DNA of 55,283 bases, taken from positions 1 through 55,283 of IMG/VR virus record IMGVR_UViG_3300027736_000059. One strand, given 5' to 3'. Origin of the DNA: a virus. Lineage: Duplodnaviria; Caudoviricetes. Within the stretch, counting starts at the first letter, position 1. Each line of letters begins with the position of its first letter. Below the pieces are notes generated by a model. The model searched no databases. It worked only from the letters and a program-made list of their open reading frames with translations, and had not been told where the DNA came from. A program made the translations under genes and the position numbers. Shown here in pieces: positions 27,227 through 34,470 of this stretch.

Positions 27227-28102
27227 TTAAGCTGTTTCCAGTGCCTCTTGGCAGATAGTATCTGCAATGTCCCACAACTCGCTGTTGATACGGATACCTT
27301 CGGAGACGCTGTTAACTGGACGGGCTTTCCGCATGATGCCTTCGTTGTTCTTCTCAGTGAGACTCTTCACGAAAGCATTGCCTCGCACCACCGCTTCTTG
27401 AATGCGATTGAACACAGTGAATGCATCCATGTAATCGTCTTCATTACGCTGCACCTTCAGTGCATCACGGACAGTGGCTTCTGTAGCATACACACCATTG
27501 GGCTGCTTGACCAGTGCCTCAGTGTTGAGCATGTTCCAACGGGTTTGAACACCAGCCCTTGCCATTGCTTGTGCTTGGGAGTAGAGCAGTTTAGTCTGAC
27601 GCAGCTTCTCAATACGCTCCATCAATGTGGGCAATGCATCCACTGTGTTACGCAGCATATCTTCAAAGCCAGTGATGGCACGGACATTGTGGTGGATACG
27701 GGATTGGAATCCGTCACCGGCAACGATGCCATTCGAGCAGATAAACCGGAAACATCCAGCAAACAAACGCACACTGCTGCTGCCATCGTGGCTGTTGTAC
27801 AGAATAATCTCAGGCCGCAAAGCACCGACTACTTCCTCAGTGTGGTAGGTTTTAGCGAAGCTCAGCATGTGTGATGAGTGCTGTGTCTCACCCTTGCGGT
27901 TCTTCTTTTGTGCAGCTTGCATTGGGAAGTAGCCATAGTCTGCCATGATGGGCAGCAATTCGCTGGTATTGAGAGAGGCATAACGATTTGTTAAGCGCTC
28001 TGCTTTGGTGTTGCTAAACACAGCAGGGGCTAGCTGCTGGATACGCTCAGTGGAGAGAGCAGTATTGTTTACATTACGGGAGAAGATGAGATGCTTTTGC
28101 AT
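27227..28102 (-). CDS. DUF932/DUF945 family protein
   Basis: IILYNSHDGSSS...FRFICSNG, R.ED...FTVFNRIQE, N.ELW. Confidence 0.85.
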   Translation of the reverse strand: MQKHLIFSRNVNNTALSTERIQQLAPAVFSNTKAERLTNRYASLNTSELLPIMADYGYFPMQAAQKKNRKGETQHSSHMLSFAKTYHTEEVVGALRPEIILYNSHDGSSSVRLFAGCFRFICSNGIVAGDGFQSRIHHNVRAITGFEDMLRNTVDALPTLMERIEKLRQTKLLYSQAQAMARAGVQTRWNMLNTEALVKQPNGVYATEATVRDALKVQRNEDDYMDAFTVFNRIQEAVVRGNAFVKSLTEKNNEGIMRKARPVNSVSEGIRINSELWDIADTICQEALETA

Positions 28103-28160
28103 ACAAGAGTTCCTTAAAGGAGGGTTGAGAAAACGAAATAAAGAGGCATTAATTTACCAC

Positions 28161-28192
28161 TTTCCACAGGGATGTCGAGTCCCTGTAGAAAA
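28161..28192. repeat. Intergenic inverted repeat overlapping a weak leftward promoter-like sequence
   Basis: tttccacaggga-tgtcgag-tccctgtagaaa; the minus strand reads TCGACA-N16-TAAATT. Confidence 0.45.
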
Positions 28193-28196
28193 TGTC

Positions 28197-28424
28197 CTAC
28201 TGTTTAGCAGGGTCTTTCTTCACCAACGGATGAACCATAGCGAAGGCAGATATGTGGGCTATGTCACCGAACATGTCACGGCAGAAGCTGTATGCCCCGT
28301 CTATGTGGTCAAAGAAGAATACATGCTCACTGATGGGTAGTTGTATGTAGCTTTTGTTTGGTACTTTGTACAGGCTTTCGACAGGCATCCTATCGAAGTC
28401 TGCGATATCTATTTCGCTAATCAT
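28197..28424 (-). CDS. Hypothetical protein
   Basis: FFDHIDGAYSFC motif; AAGGA SD. Confidence 0.7.
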   Translation of the reverse strand: MISEIDIADFDRMPVESLYKVPNKSYIQLPISEHVFFFDHIDGAYSFCRDMFGDIAHISAFAMVHPLVKKDPAKQ

Positions 28425-28594
28425 TATTTTTCCTTCACGTTAAGTTGGTTGTGATGGGCTATATCAAGTTTCAGTTCCTGCTGACCAGCGGCATAGCCCA
28501 TGTCGAAGTCAGCCTGTGCTATCCCGTGTTCACCGAAGCATACCTTAGGCCCATTCCTGAAGCCACACATAAATCCATAGGTGTAGAAAGACAT
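28424..28594 (-). CDS. Small hypothetical protein (56 aa, not in the ORF track)
   Basis: MSFYTYGFMCGF...FDMGYAAG...; AGGA SD; TAATG overlap with the next gene. Confidence 0.6.
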   Translation of the reverse strand: MSFYTYGFMCGFRNGPKVCFGEHGIAQADFDMGYAAGQQELKLDIAHHNQLNVKEK

Positions 28595-28602
28595 ACGCTT
28601 TC

Positions 28603-29037
28603 CTATTCTGCAAACGTAAACGAAGCAATGACACGCATCCCTGCCTTGCTAGAAAACATATCCACTGTGTTGCCATTAACCACAGCAAGAGCATGCCCCC
28701 TAACAATGACAACATGCCTACCCTTTGGGTTGTCAGCAAGGAATGTCTTTAGTGTCATGCCTTTGTCGCGGTATGTCACTGCATGTTCCATAGACATCTT
28801 CGCCATCCGCTTGCCATAGTAGGTGACATTGAAAGCACCAGCTTCCTTGTACACCTTGTCCAGTGCATGCCACGGAGTTCCTTTGTTGTCCCTACGTCCT
28901 GCCCTGTTTAGCAAGGACAGAGCTAAGGGATAGGAGTAAACACCTACATTAGCAATTGCCCTCACTGCACAATCACGCTTTTGTTTTAGGCCGAAGTCAT
29001 TAGCGACATAGCCTACGTCTTTGGGTTTGATATACAT
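28603..29037 (-). CDS. Putative papain-fold (C39-like) Cys-His protein
   Basis: DCAVRAIA...GHALAVVNG..D pattern. Confidence 0.5.
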   Translation of the reverse strand: MYIKPKDVGYVANDFGLKQKRDCAVRAIANVGVYSYPLALSLLNRAGRRDNKGTPWHALDKVYKEAGAFNVTYYGKRMAKMSMEHAVTYRDKGMTLKTFLADNPKGRHVVIVRGHALAVVNGNTVDMFSSKAGMRVIASFTFAE

Positions 29038-29061
29038 ACGTTTCCTTTCAGGAATGGTTAG

Positions 29062-29331
29062 TTAAACTGTAGCTTGATACCCTTGGTATGATCTGATTTT
29101 GCTTTTCCCGCTGGAGTTTTTCTCCACAAATTTGATACGAACATCACGCTCATTCAATGCTTGGCACAATATAGGCAGGTCACAGTCTTCTTCCAAGTAC
29201 ACATTGTCCCGTAGCTGGTAGCTGTAATTGCTGATAACCTGTGCCAAACCTAAGTTCTCCAGCACCTGTCGCTTCACCTTACCCCATGCATGCCCTGCAT
29301 CGGAGTACACAATAATTGTGAATGTTTTCAT
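29062..29331 (-). CDS. Conserved phage early protein (DxGHxW...YLEEDCD)
   Basis: SDAGHAW, ISxYSY, YLEEDCD and SxIRxY motifs. Confidence 0.75.
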   Translation of the reverse strand: MKTFTIIVYSDAGHAWGKVKRQVLENLGLAQVISNYSYQLRDNVYLEEDCDLPILCQALNERDVRIKFVEKNSSGKSKIRSYQGYQATV

Positions 29332-29549
29332 ACGCTTCCTTGTACAGGTCGGAATTTGATTTTAGCGTTGATGAGTGGATTCGGTGTCGGCTCACACACT
29401 ACTTCGTAGCCCAACAAACTGATGTTCTTCATTGCCTCAATCGTCAGGGTCTTAGTGCCACACATCGAAGCAAATATCTTTGCCTTTGCACACACTGGGT
29501 AGGCCACAACACAGCCATACACTTCCTTCAGGTTAATATGTATTTGCAT
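29328..29549 (-). CDS. Hypothetical protein
   Basis: VYG...YPVCxxAxxFAxxxGTKTLT motif; AGGAG SD. Confidence 0.75.
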   Translation of the reverse strand: MQIHINLKEVYGCVVAYPVCAKAKIFASMCGTKTLTIEAMKNISLLGYEVVCEPTPNPLINAKIKFRPVQGSV

Positions 29550-29572
29550 AACGCTCTCCTTTTAGTTTGGTG

Positions 29573-29956
29573 TTACCACCATGAATAATAAAACACAGCA
29601 TAGTCAGCGACTAATGCATCGGTTGCCAATTCGATAAACCTTTCGGTGTTATCAATATCATATTGATCTATCTCAGCGTTACCAAAAAAGAAACCAGCCT
29701 CATGGGTAAGCTTGTTACTTCGTAAGTCATTCGCCATGTTCTCTATGTCCTGTGCATCAAGCCGAAGGTAAATGCAATTGAATTGCCCTGTGCCGCCCTT
29801 CTTCTCATAGAGCTTACGCATCCAACCATGAAGATGATTAAACTTACGCCAGTAAGCCACCTTCAAAGGCTTCACACCAGCAGTGAATCCCTCCATGATC
29901 TGAGTATCACCAACGTCTTTAGACGGGGTAACAAATGCATACATATCTAGTCCCAT
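29573..29956 (-). CDS. Conserved phage protein (MGLDMY...YWRK family)
   Basis: MGLDMY, YWRKxNxLHGW, GFFFG, YYSWW. Confidence 0.8.
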   Translation of the reverse strand: MGLDMYAFVTPSKDVGDTQIMEGFTAGVKPLKVAYWRKFNHLHGWMRKLYEKKGGTGQFNCIYLRLDAQDIENMANDLRSNKLTHEAGFFFGNAEIDQYDIDNTERFIELATDALVADYAVFYYSWW

Positions 29957-29957
29957 A

Positions 29958-30209
29958 TCAATGTCCTTTCATGTAGGTTTGTGAATAAACGATATCATCG
30001 TTGATGTTTTCGGGAATAATATAATCACCAGTGTGGTTGTTAGCCTTGACATATTCCTCAATGTCACTCTCCAACATGTGTCGCCGTTCATGGATGGCAT
30101 GAATGATGTACATAGGATGTGCAAACCCTTCGCCAACATAGAAATTACCTAGTTCAAACTCACCAAACCACACCATCACAGGTACTAGTTTATCGCTTAC
30201 GATTTTCAT
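29958..30209 (-). CDS. Hypothetical protein
   Basis: Start follows a copy of the repeat element. Confidence 0.65.
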   Translation of the reverse strand: MKIVSDKLVPVMVWFGEFELGNFYVGEGFAHPMYIIHAIHERRHMLESDIEEYVKANNHTGDYIIPENINDDIVYSQTYMKGH

Positions 30210-30220
30210 ATTGTTTCCTT

Positions 30221-30466
30221 TCAGGAAGTGTAATCGTTGTAAACTTGGACAGTGGCAAAGTCTACATGCCAGTTAAAGCTAGCCCAGCGCAGTGATGTGA
30301 TGCCAGTGCTTGCTATGCTTACAAGCTTGACGGAACGCACAACTGGGCATTTGTCAGTCTCTATGTTATGTACTGATATGCCATCACAAGGGAAGCATTG
30401 GTCATAACGTAGCATGTCATGGGGAAACTTACCCTTGCCCATCACTGTGAATGTAATTATTTTCAT
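30221..30466 (-). CDS. Hypothetical protein (GxFPxDMLRYDxCxP family)
   Basis: GKFPHDMLRYDQCFP and RWxSFxW; SD and stop codon are both supplied by repeat elements. Confidence 0.75.
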   Translation of the reverse strand: MKIITFTVMGKGKFPHDMLRYDQCFPCDGISVHNIETDKCPVVRSVKLVSIASTGITSLRWASFNWHVDFATVQVYNDYTS

Positions 30467-30571
30467 TTTATTTCCTTTCAGGAATATCCCTATCGGGGAA
30501 TCGTTTCACAAATTGCTAAACTGTTAATGAAATCAACAGCTTAGCTTCAAAATATCGTTTCACCAATCGTT

Positions 30572-30952
30572 TCACAGCGAAGCGCTGATGAAGCCCTTGC
30601 CACCCTCTGCCAACAATGCAGCCCACTTGGCACTATGCACCGGCTGCTCTGTGCTTCGCTGCACAAAGCTGGTGTACTTGTAGGGGTTGTAGGTGATGGC
30701 TGTACCCATCATCATGTACCGACTGTGTACATCATGAGCACCACTGTCTGCCATGTGTCCAGCGACACCGGCATGGACATTCTTGCGCTTCTCTGCCAGC
30801 ACCCTGCTTCGCCCAGCTTGTGACACCTTGAACGTCACATCTGAGAGCAACACACTATTAGTGTGACCAATTACCAGCCCCTTGAACTGGCCCTCAAGAG
30901 CCTTAATGCTAAAGCATTTCTTGTGTAGGTTGAAATATACGAAGACTTTCAT
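30572..30952 (-). CDS. Conserved phage protein (VYxNLH...KNVHA family)
   Basis: VYFNLHK.CFSI, VSQAGRxRV..KRKNVHA, YNPY; start reassigned to follow the repeat element. Confidence 0.8.
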   Translation of the reverse strand: MKVFVYFNLHKKCFSIKALEGQFKGLVIGHTNSVLLSDVTFKVSQAGRSRVLAEKRKNVHAGVAGHMADSGAHDVHSRYMMMGTAITYNPYKYTSFVQRSTEQPVHSAKWAALLAEGGKGFISASL

Positions 30953-30980
30953 TTTGTTTCCTTTCAGGAAGTGAGTTGAT

Positions 30981-31178
30981 TTATTTGTTGGTTGGGCTGT
31001 TGAAGTAGTCACCTACGGGGCGACCATAACGCTCTGGACAGCGCCCCATTTGCATTCCTAATGCAAAGATGGCATCGTCACGATTCTTGGCAGTAAACCC
31101 TTGGCCCAATTGACCAAGCATATCTTTATAAACTGCATGCCACATCTTAATGTTCCGGTGGTATGTAACTGTAATCAT
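30981..31178 (-). CDS. Hypothetical protein
   Basis: Start follows the variant repeat element. Confidence 0.65.
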   Translation of the reverse strand: MITVTYHRNIKMWHAVYKDMLGQLGQGFTAKNRDDAIFALGMQMGRCPERYGRPVGDYFNSPTNK

Positions 31179-31198
31179 TTTATTTCCTTTAGGAAGAG

Positions 31199-31483
31199 TT
31201 ACTTTGTTGGGCCGAATGACATACTGCCATCCATCATATCAAACACTAGGGCTTTCGCCCTGTTCAAATACATTCTAGCACTGTCGCTGTCGCCGTGTGC
31301 CATCATCTCTTGGGCATCTGACATCAGCCCTGCCACCACCATTGCACCACCGGAGAAGCGGTAGGTGATGGATTGTTTGACACTTTCTTTGAAAGTTTCA
31401 ATGTTGCAGCCATACATTTGCATGTCATTCGTTACCGAATATTTAACCAAATTGCTGTATTCAGCGGGGTTTGTGAATATCAT
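31199..31483 (-). CDS. Hypothetical protein
   Basis: MYGC...MSDAQE...ARxxLNRAK motif; start follows a repeat element. Confidence 0.7.
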   Translation of the reverse strand: MIFTNPAEYSNLVKYSVTNDMQMYGCNIETFKESVKQSITYRFSGGAMVVAGLMSDAQEMMAHGDSDSARMYLNRAKALVFDMMDGSMSFGPTK

Positions 31484-31496
31484 GATGTGTTTCCTT

Positions 31497-31676
31497 TCAG
31501 GAATGTTTCAGGGATTTTCGATAGGCCACAAAGGTATTCCCTTTGTAGACAGCAGCACCACAATCGTAGCAAGCTGCCCAGCTTAGCGCCTCTTTGAAGG
31601 TGAAGGTGTGATGCATTGCATCAAATTGAGGACACCACACAGTGTAACCAAATAGCTCCGCTAGTGTTTGTTTCAT
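31497..31676 (-). CDS. Small hypothetical protein (59 aa, not in the ORF track)
   Basis: MKQTLAELFGYTVWC...HHTFTFKEALSWAACY; the TGA stop lies inside the repeat element. Confidence 0.65.
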   Translation of the reverse strand: MKQTLAELFGYTVWCPQFDAMHHTFTFKEALSWAACYDCGAAVYKGNTFVAYRKSLKHS

Positions 31677-31843
31677 TCTGCCACCTCTTCGAGTTGCATC
31701 ATAAAGTCAATGGCGTTGTCCAGTGCCTCACCTATGGTTTCATCACTGCCCTCGCTCTTGGGCTGCTCTTTATCTGTCCTAGACAGAGTGTCCCGAATGT
31801 CATAAAGATCAAACAGGACGATTTGGATTTGCTCTAAGTTCAT
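31673..31843 (-). CDS. Small acidic hypothetical protein (56 aa, not in the ORF track)
   Basis: MNLEQIQIVLFDLYDIRD...; start follows a repeat element; ATGA overlap. Confidence 0.65.
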   Translation of the reverse strand: MNLEQIQIVLFDLYDIRDTLSRTDKEQPKSEGSDETIGEALDNAIDFMMQLEEVAE

Positions 31844-31855
31844 GATTGTTTCCTT

Positions 31856-32083
31856 TCAGGAAGTGATTTCAGAATTGTAGGCTTCAGCCAGTGCATTTTC
31901 GCTGTCAATCGTCAACTGGTCAAACACCTGTTGCTTCGTGCCTTTGTAGCCCATACCCTTAAGAATTGCATAGCAAGTCTTACCTTTAGAGGTGAGTCGC
32001 ATACCTCGCATCTCCAGTTTAAGTCCTTGCCTTAGTGAACGGAGACGGAAGGCTTCGATTTGATCGGGGGTTGTTAACATCAT
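31856..32083 (-). CDS. Hypothetical protein
   Basis: LRxGLKLExxGM motif; SD and stop codon come from repeat elements. Confidence 0.7.
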   Translation of the reverse strand: MMLTTPDQIEAFRLRSLRQGLKLEMRGMRLTSKGKTCYAILKGMGYKGTKQQVFDQLTIDSENALAEAYNSEITS

Positions 32084-32104
32084 GATTGTTTCCTTTCAGG
32101 AATT

Positions 32105-32186
32105 AATAGGTGGGGGTACTCACTTCACTGCATCTACTACGAATCCACGATTTACGCAGTCACAGCATCTGCTTTCCCCCCGAAAA
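32105..32186 (-). ncRNA. Candidate structured RNA, copy B
   Basis: GGGGGGAAAGCAGATGCTG...GAAGTGAGTACCCCCACCTATT; paralog of 27149-27226. Confidence 0.6.
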
Positions 32187-32188
32187 GA

Positions 32189-32455
32189 TTAACGAAGCGA
32201 AGCAGCTTCGCCGCTCAGTGCCACAGATACAATTGTATCCCTGTTGATGCAGCGATAACCTGCATTCTGCATGTCATACACCACAAGGTATTTGCTGTGG
32301 TCAACAGTGGACAAACCACCTTTCAGGTGTTTCTTCACACCTAATCGGCAATTCATTTTGCGAAGCTGTCCGTCTTTCTTTTTAAAGACTACAGTTACGA
32401 ATTTGCCTTTGCTTTCAGCAATGAGAGCGGAAAAAGCAGCAGATATAATGGACAT
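32189..32455 (-). CDS. WYL_2/SH3-like (Sm-like) domain protein
   Basis: FVTVxFxKKDGxLRxMxCR...VYDxxxxGYRxIN; start reassigned to MSIIS (AAAGGA SD). Confidence 0.7.
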   Translation of the reverse strand: MSIISAAFSALIAESKGKFVTVVFKKKDGQLRKMNCRLGVKKHLKGGLSTVDHSKYLVVYDMQNAGYRCINRDTIVSVALSGEAASLR

Positions 32456-32680
32456 AATTTTCCTTTGTTGGATAGTTGCTTGATAGATACTCTGTAGCCC
32501 AGTGCCACAAAGCATCTTAAAGCGTCCACTGTATAACACCGACCCCGATGCCACTGTAGACACATCCTGCACATATTATCACCATGATATGTCAGCATAG
32601 ATAGCGGAATTCCCTCGCCGCTACTCAAGCCCAGCCAATTTCAGCTTCGCTGTCACCGAAGCATACTGATACCGGAATTA

Positions 32681-32695
32681 AATTTTTAAAGAACA
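32681..32695 (-). promoter_or_regulatory. rrn-type boxA antitermination element
   Basis: TGTTCTTTAAAAATT on the transcribed strand in a ~330-nt intergenic leader, preceded by the hairpin AAAGCCC-TAA-GGGCTTT (32760-32776). Confidence 0.6.
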
Positions 32696-32787
32696 ATCGG
32701 GAGAAGCTTCGCTTCACAGCGGGGCTTAACCCTATAGAGAAAGTACGATAACCCTCTGCAAAGCCCTTAGGGCTTTACGCAGTGCTA

Positions 32788-33558
32788 TCAGGCTGCTAAT
32801 GCAATCGGTATGAATTTCCTTTCAGGAATACTCTTACGATCAAACACAAAGCCACTGTAATCAAGCTTCGCTTTGCCTTTTGCATACAGTGCCACAACGA
32901 CACCCTTTTCCTCTAAGTGACGAATGTCACTGTTATCACCACCGATTACAGCCATTCCCCTATGCATCTTCGGAATCGAAGCAACGTCACGGAATACTGT
33001 CGCAATTCGCATCCCAAGGGCCACTGCTTTTTCAACAAAGGGCTGAAAGCCCTGCACACCGCTATCACTGAAGGTCAGGTCATAATTTGCTGGAATAAAT
33101 CTACGATTTACATCCTTGGTGTAGTCGTAGAATTGAACGTCAGGGAAAGCAGCAAATATGTTTACATATTCAGTGCCATCGGCATCGACAAAAGCTACGC
33201 TTTCCCAACGAATATCACTAGTGCCGTTCAATCGAATCAGCGCTGTCTTATTTTGCTTTGTTGCTTTAGCAACTAGCTGACGAATATTCATTGCCAATTG
33301 CACCATGAAAGAGCTACGCTCTTCGAAGAACCATATTGTTTTGTTGATTCGACCTTGTGCCACTGTTGACATAGCACCCCGTCCAGCGGTGAATAGGCAT
33401 CCTTCGCTGCACTTGGCAATGCCAGCCATGCTGCAAGTATTCCACTTTGTGGAAGTGTATGGTGCTAGATAGAGGATGCCGGTTAAGAAACCAAAGGTTT
33501 CACCCTTTACAGTTTTGGCATCTGCACCGATAGAAAGCAAAGCTTTAGACTTGAACAT
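32788..33558 (-). CDS. GP88/DUF7227-like protein
   Basis: C-x7-C-x3-C cluster, GRG, RLNGTSDI, FYDYTK, YDLTFS. Confidence 0.75.
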   Translation of the reverse strand: MFKSKALLSIGADAKTVKGETFGFLTGILYLAPYTSTKWNTCSMAGIAKCSEGCLFTAGRGAMSTVAQGRINKTIWFFEERSSFMVQLAMNIRQLVAKATKQNKTALIRLNGTSDIRWESVAFVDADGTEYVNIFAAFPDVQFYDYTKDVNRRFIPANYDLTFSDSGVQGFQPFVEKAVALGMRIATVFRDVASIPKMHRGMAVIGGDNSDIRHLEEKGVVVALYAKGKAKLDYSGFVFDRKSIPERKFIPIALAA

Positions 33559-33607
33559 AACGTGTTTCCTTTCAGGAAGGTTGTGGCAATATTGCCGAAG
33601 AAACGCT

Positions 33608-33637
33608 ACTGTATCACACCGATAATAACCATGTCAA
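33608..33637 (-). promoter_or_regulatory. Sigma70-type early promoter
   Basis: TTGACA-N18-TACAGT with TG extended -10, ~50 bp upstream of the first early gene. Confidence 0.65.
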
Positions 33638-33647
33638 CACTAGGGGC

Positions 33648-33830
33648 TTACCCTGCTTTTCCTTCTACGAAGGCCATGAGCGGTGTCAACACTAGTGCCA
33701 TGAAACCGGCAGTTATCATGGTGTAACCACCATCACTACCCAACGCAACCACACTGATTGTGCCACCTACAAGGAACAATGCCGCCTTGAAGGCCATGAA
33801 AATCGTAAAACTGTAATCGGCTTTTCTCAT
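33648..33830 (-). CDS. Possible small 2-TM protein
   Basis: Hydrophobic 60-aa ORF, but there is no clear SD and it overlaps promoter-like repeats. Confidence 0.35.
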   Translation of the reverse strand: MRKADYSFTIFMAFKAALFLVGGTISVVALGSDGGYTMITAGFMALVLTPLMAFVEGKAG

Positions 33831-33832
33831 TT

Positions 33833-33919
33833 TTTGTCTTTCAATTTTTTTAAAGAAGAAAGTATTTCCCCTTTTCATACTGATAAAGGGGATACTTTCT
33901 TCAAAAATTGAAAGACAAA
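33833..33919. repeat. Long imperfect inverted repeat 1
   Basis: Arm pairs tttgtctttcaattttt/aaaaattgaaagacaaa, gaagaaagtat/atactttcttc and tccccttt/aaagggga. Confidence 0.85.
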
Positions 33920-33943
33920 GATTCGCGGGTGATGCGCCCAGAC

Positions 33944-34017
33944 CTTCTTAAACTAATACAATTCTAGATGCCATCACTGTGTTCTGGCATAAGAATTGTT
34001 TTTATTAGTTTAAGAAG
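33944..34017. repeat. Long imperfect inverted repeat 2
   Basis: Arm pairs cttcttaaactaat/attagtttaagaag, acaattct/agaattgt and atgcca/tggcat. Confidence 0.85.
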
Positions 34018-34046
34018 ACCGCGCGAGGCTTTACCAGCTTTTCCAA

Positions 34047-34101
34047 TTGTCCACAGGTTTTCCACAATGGCCGTTTTGTGAGGTGAATAAGCTGTGGATA
34101 A
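34047..34101. promoter_or_regulatory. Cluster of DnaA-box-like 9-mers
   Basis: TTGTCCACA at 34047, TTTTCCACA at 34058, GGTGAATAA at 34082, and a perfect TGTGGATAA at 34093. Confidence 0.55.
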
Positions 34102-34150
34102 CTCTGTGGTGTGGTAGATAAACGACAGACTTTTTAGGGGCTGGAAAGCA

Positions 34151-34166
34151 CTGTGGATTTGAACAG
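34151..34166. promoter_or_regulatory. LexA (SOS) box, beta/gammaproteobacterial type
   Basis: CTGT-GGATTTGA-ACAG fits CTGT-N8-ACAG and lies in the non-coding control region. Confidence 0.55.
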
Positions 34167-34349
34167 CTTTTATACTGGTCAGTCTATATTCCGACTCATC
34201 AGTATGCCGGGTGTACTCTCCAGTCTATTTTATTACTGACGGGTTTTCGGAAAAAGCTGTTTTCGAATCAGTATTCATTCTTATGTAAGTCATTGAATTC
34301 ATTGAAGATTTTGAATTCAGGGTGATTCTTTGAATGACTTAAAACAACA

Positions 34350-34470
34350 CCTGCCTCCGCGCAGCCCCAGTCGCAGACTCTCGCCGCCGTGTGCCGCTGT
34401 GCGCCGCCGTGCCGCCGCTGACGGGGGTGGGCGTGGGCCACCGGGGGGTATGGCGCTATTTGTGTATGGC
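34350..34470. repeat. GC-rich tract with GCCGC(C/T)G repeats and G runs
   Basis: cgccgccgtgtgccgctgtgcgccgccgtgccgccgctgacgggggtgggcgtgggccaccggggggta within an otherwise AT-rich region. Confidence 0.7.

Larger units (their letters stand above)
29041..33578 (-). repeat. Dispersed 14-bp element TTCCTGAAAGGAAA (9 exact copies and 1 variant)
   Basis: Plus-strand tttcctttcaggaa starts at 29041, 30214, 30471, 30957, 31490, 31849, 32089, 32815 and 33565; variant at 31183. Confidence 0.9.

Noticed and set aside
28530-28543. 14-bp match TCACCGAAGCATAC with 32653-32666
   Set aside because: One copy is inside a plausible small CDS and the flanks are unrelated, so it is likely chance.
29041-33578. The 14-bp repeats as a CRISPR array or integron attC sites
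   Set aside because: The repeats are too short, are irregularly spaced by whole genes, lack the attC R/L box structure, and no cas genes are present.
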